DNA of 64,000 nucleotides from Escherichia coli (GTDB lineage Bacteria; Pseudomonadota; Gammaproteobacteria; Enterobacterales; Enterobacteriaceae): NCBI RefSeq assembly GCF_030013595.1, contig NZ_CP122768.1; one strand, 5' to 3'. Shown piece by piece: positions 60,836 to 64,000 of this stretch (position 1 is its first letter; each line of letters starts with the position of its first letter). The notes under the pieces were generated by a model. It saw only the letters and a program-made list of their open reading frames with translations, ran no database searches and was not told where the DNA came from. The position numbers and the translations under genes were made by a program.

Positions 60836-61087
60836 ATGCGTACAATTAGCTACAGCGAAGCGCGTCAGAATTTGTCGGCAACAATGATGAAAGCCGTTGA
60901 AGATCATGCCCCGATCCTTATTACTCGTCAGAATGGAGAGGCTTGTGTTCTGATGTCACTCGAAGAATACAACTCGCTGGAAGAGACGGCTTATCTACTG
61001 CGTTCCCCCGCTAACGCCCGGAGATTGATGGACTCAATCGATAGCCTGAAATCAGGCAAAGGAACAGAAAAGGACATTATTGAGTGA
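60836..61087 (+). CDS. yefM: Antitoxin YefM
   Basis: ORF-track ORF trimmed to [58 protein letters not shown] (83 aa) preceded by AGGAGA RBS. Confidence 0.93.
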
Positions 61088-61338
61088 AACTAATCTGGTC
61101 TGAGGAATCATGGGATGATTATCTGTACTGGCAGGAAACAGATAAGCGAATTGTTAAAAAGATCAATGAACTTATCAAAGATACCCGCAGAACGCCATTT
61201 GAAGGTAAGGGGAAGCCAGAACCCCTGAAACATAATTTGTCAGGTTTCTGGTCCCGACGCATTACAGAGGAGCACCGTCTGGTATACGCGGTTACCGACG
61301 ATTCACTGCTCATTGCAGCATGTCGTTATCATTATTGA
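61084..61338 (+). CDS. yoeB: mRNA interferase toxin YoeB
   Basis: 84 aa; [33 protein letters not shown]; start overlaps yefM stop. Confidence 0.93.
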
Positions 61339-61420
61339 ACAGATTCATTCATAGAATGAATTGTCAGTTTTGATACGCTAGCGTAGCCTTATAGATCTAA
61401 GGTGTATCAGGAGATAACGG

Positions 61421-62245
61421 ATGAAAAAGGTCGCAATTGTCGGGTTAGGGTGGTTAGGCATGCCGCTGGCGATGTCACTTTCAGCGCGAGGCTGGCAAGT
61501 CACCGGGAGTAAAACCACACAAGATGGTGTCGAAGCGTCCCGAATGAGTGGCATTGATAGCTATCTGCTTCGCATGGAGCCTGAGTTAGTTTGCGATTCT
61601 GACGATCTGGATGCCCTGATGGATGTCGATGCGCTGGTCATTACGCTTCCGGCACGTCGTAGCGGCCCCGGCGATGAGTTCTATTTACAAGCGGTACAAG
61701 AGTTAGTGGATAGCGCGCTGGCCCATCGTATTCCCCGCATTATTTTCACCAGCTCAACATCTGTCTATGGCGACGCGCAAGGCACGGTGAAAGAAACCAC
61801 CCCGCGTAATCCGGTGACCAACAGTGGACGAGTATTAGAAGAACTCGAAGACTGGCTGCACAATTTACCCGGTACTTCGGTCGATATTCTGCGTCTTGCG
61901 GGGCTGGTCGGACCGGGACGTCATCCCGGACGCTTCTTTGCCGGAAAAACCGCGCCTGATGGTGAACATGGTGTTAATTTAGTCCATTTAGAAGATGTTA
62001 TTGGCGCTATCACTCTGTTGTTACAGGCACCTAAAGGCGGACACATCTATAATATATGTGCGCCAGCTCACCCTGCGCGTAATGTTTTCTATCCGCAGAT
62101 GGCCCGTTTACTGGGGCTGGAGCCTCCGCAGTTCAGAAATAGTCTGGACAGCGGCAAAGGTAAGATTATTGATGGCAGTCGGATTTGTAATGAACTGGGA
62201 TTTGAATACCAGTATCCCGATCCGCTGGTAATGCCGCTGGAGTAA
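61421..62245 (+). CDS. yeeZ: NAD(P)-binding Rossmann-fold protein of unknown specific function
   Basis: 274 aa; MKKVAIVGLGWLGMPLAMSL; synteny after yoeB. Confidence 0.85.
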   Translation: MKKVAIVGLGWLGMPLAMSLSARGWQVTGSKTTQDGVEASRMSGIDSYLLRMEPELVCDSDDLDALMDVDALVITLPARRSGPGDEFYLQAVQELVDSALAHRIPRIIFTSSTSVYGDAQGTVKETTPRNPVTNSGRVLEELEDWLHNLPGTSVDILRLAGLVGPGRHPGRFFAGKTAPDGEHGVNLVHLEDVIGAITLLLQAPKGGHIYNICAPAHPARNVFYPQMARLLGLEPPQFRNSLDSGKGKIIDGSRICNELGFEYQYPDPLVMPLE

Positions 62246-62290
62246 ACGATCACGCCAGCAGGACGCCGCATGCACTGCAAGGGGGCGTGT

Positions 62291-63220
62291 ATGAAACCAC
62301 TGCTGGATGTGTTGATGATCCTCGATGCTTTAGAAAAAGAAGGCAGTTTTGCGGCGGCGTCGGCCAAACTCTATAAGACGCCGTCCGCTCTGAGTTACAC
62401 CGTTCACAAGCTGGAAAGCGACCTTAATATTCAATTGCTTGATCGTAGCGGTCACCGCGCTAAATTCACCCGTACCGGAAAAATGTTATTAGAGAAAGGG
62501 CGGGAAGTTCTGCATACCGTGCGAGAACTGGAAAAGCAGGCGATCAAACTGCATGAAGGCTGGGAAAACGAGCTGGTGATTGGCGTGGACGACACGTTTC
62601 CTTTTTCTCTGCTTGCGCCACTGATTGAAGCTTTTTATCAACATCATAGCGTGACGCGCCTGAAGTTTATCAATGGCGTACTCGGTGGTTCCTGGGATGC
62701 CCTGACTCAGGGGCGAGCGGATATTATTGTTGGCGCGATGCATGAGCCACCATCTTCCAGTGAGTTTGGTTTTTCACGGTTGGGCGATCTGGAACAAGTC
62801 TTTGCGGTCGCGCCTCATCATCCGTTAGCCCTGGAAGAAGAGCCGTTAAACCGTCGTATTATTAAGCGATATCGGGCGATTGTGGTGGGGGATACTGCGC
62901 AGGCAGGCGCTTCTACGGCCTCACAACTTCTCGACGAACAAGAAGCCATTACCGTTTTCGATTTTAAAACCAAGCTGGAGCTGCAAATTAGCGGCCTCGG
63001 CTGCGGCTATTTACCCCGTTATCTGGCACAACGTTTTCTCGATAGTGGCGCGTTAATAGAGAAGAAAGTGGTCGCCCAAACTCTCTTTGAACCCGTCTGG
63101 ATTGGCTGGAACGAACAGACCGCAGGGCTTGCCAGCGGCTGGTGGCGGGATGAAATTTTAGCAAATAGTGCGATCGCCGGTGTTTATGCAAAATCTGATG
63201 ACGGAAAATCAGCCATTTAA
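62291..63220 (+). CDS. yeeY: LysR-family transcriptional regulator
   Basis: ORF-track ORF trimmed to MKPLLDVLMILDALEKEGSFAAASAKLYKTPSALSYTVHKLE (HTH of LysR type); ~309 aa. Confidence 0.85.
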   Translation: MKPLLDVLMILDALEKEGSFAAASAKLYKTPSALSYTVHKLESDLNIQLLDRSGHRAKFTRTGKMLLEKGREVLHTVRELEKQAIKLHEGWENELVIGVDDTFPFSLLAPLIEAFYQHHSVTRLKFINGVLGGSWDALTQGRADIIVGAMHEPPSSSEFGFSRLGDLEQVFAVAPHHPLALEEEPLNRRIIKRYRAIVVGDTAQAGASTASQLLDEQEAITVFDFKTKLELQISGLGCGYLPRYLAQRFLDSGALIEKKVVAQTLFEPVWIGWNEQTAGLASGWWRDEILANSAIAGVYAKSDDGKSAI

Positions 63221-63308
63221 AGAAAAATTATTATGACAAGCCTCTCATTCTCTTGTCATTTCCCCCCCATTTAGGCACAATGCGCCGCTGTCAAAAAATG
63301 ACTAAAAA

Positions 63309-63341
63309 CCGACGTTTCATCAGCGTCGGTTATTTTTTGCT
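63309..63341 (+). terminator. Rho-independent terminator downstream of yeeY
   Basis: aaccgacgtttcatcagcgtcggtt stem-loop followed by attttttg. Confidence 0.7.
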
Positions 63342-63486
63342 TCAAACCAATCATTCATACCAAGAGGCCGGGCTTCGTACCGGATAGATATTTACTAAAA
63401 ATCGACAGTTGTTGTCGCTGAGGAATCCAAAAAAATGGGGCAATTTTTTGCTTACGCGACGGTTATCACCGTAAAGGAGAATGACC

Positions 63487-64000
63487 ATGTCGCATAACGT
63501 TACTCCAAACACCTCTCGCGTGGAATTGCGTAAAACGCTTACGTTAGTTCCGGTTGTAATGATGGGTCTTGCCTATATGCAGCCGATGACGCTGTTTGAT
63601 ACTTTTGGTATCGTTTCAGGCCTCACGGATGGTCATGTGCCGACAGCCTATGCGTTCGCATTGATTGCGATCCTGTTTACGGCTCTGAGCTACGGGAAGC
63701 TGGTTCGCCGCTATCCTTCTGCTGGCTCTGCATACACTTACGCCCAGAAATCCATTAGCCCGACGGTTGGCTTTATGGTGGGTTGGTCTTCTCTGCTCGA
63801 CTATCTGTTCGCGCCGATGATCAACATTCTGCTGGCGAAAATTTATTTTGAAGCTCTGGTGCCTTCCATCCCATCGTGGATGTTTGTGGTGGCGCTGGTG
63901 GCCTTTATGACCGCCTTTAACCTGCGTAGTCTGAAATCCGTAGCGAACTTCAACACTGTAATCGTCGTGTTGCAGGTAGTGCTGATCGCGGTGATTCTGG
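63487..64000 (+). CDS. plaP: Putrescine/amino-acid permease (APC family), 5' portion; continues past window end
   Basis: Open frame from ATG (alternative ATG at 63481) to window end: [43 protein letters not shown]...; hydrophobic TM helices; not in ORF track because there is no stop in window. Confidence 0.8.
   Translation, partial: MSHNVTPNTSRVELRKTLTLVPVVMMGLAYMQPMTLFDTFGIVSGLTDGHVPTAYAFALIAILFTALSYGKLVRRYPSAGSAYTYAQKSISPTVGFMVGWSSLLDYLFAPMINILLAKIYFEALVPSIPSWMFVVALVAFMTAFNLRSLKSVANFNTVIVVLQVVLIAVIL

Overview
This window reads as an Escherichia coli-type chromosomal segment, in the reverse orientation to the usual K-12 map: yegJ-like (partial), yegI, yegD, alkA, dgcE(yegE), udk, dcd, asmA, yegH, then the complete 19-gene colanic-acid (cps/wca) cluster wza to wcaM, gnu, galF, an O-antigen cluster (rmlBDAC, wzx, a split wzy-like gene, two GT2 glycosyltransferases), gnd, ugd, a UDP-glucuronate 4-epimerase on the opposite strand, wzzB, the whole his operon (hisL-GDCBHAFI, minus strand), yefM-yoeB, yeeZ, yeeY and the start of plaP. 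All gene identities come from reading the translated ORFs and from conserved synteny; no database search was run. I do not see a credible undescribed multi-gene system here: every substantial ORF is explained by well-known housekeeping, capsule, O-antigen or histidine genes. The parts worth a second look are all in the hypervariable galF-to-wzz interval: a visibly AT-rich serotype-specific cassette that is not the K-12 O16 set, an apparently frameshifted wzy, and an epimerase gene flanked by a duplicated ugd 3' remnant that looks like a recombination scar. I also annotate REP/BIME repeat arrays, two JUMPStart/ops elements, the his attenuator and several terminators. No IS elements, integrases, CRISPR arrays or tRNA/rRNA genes were found.
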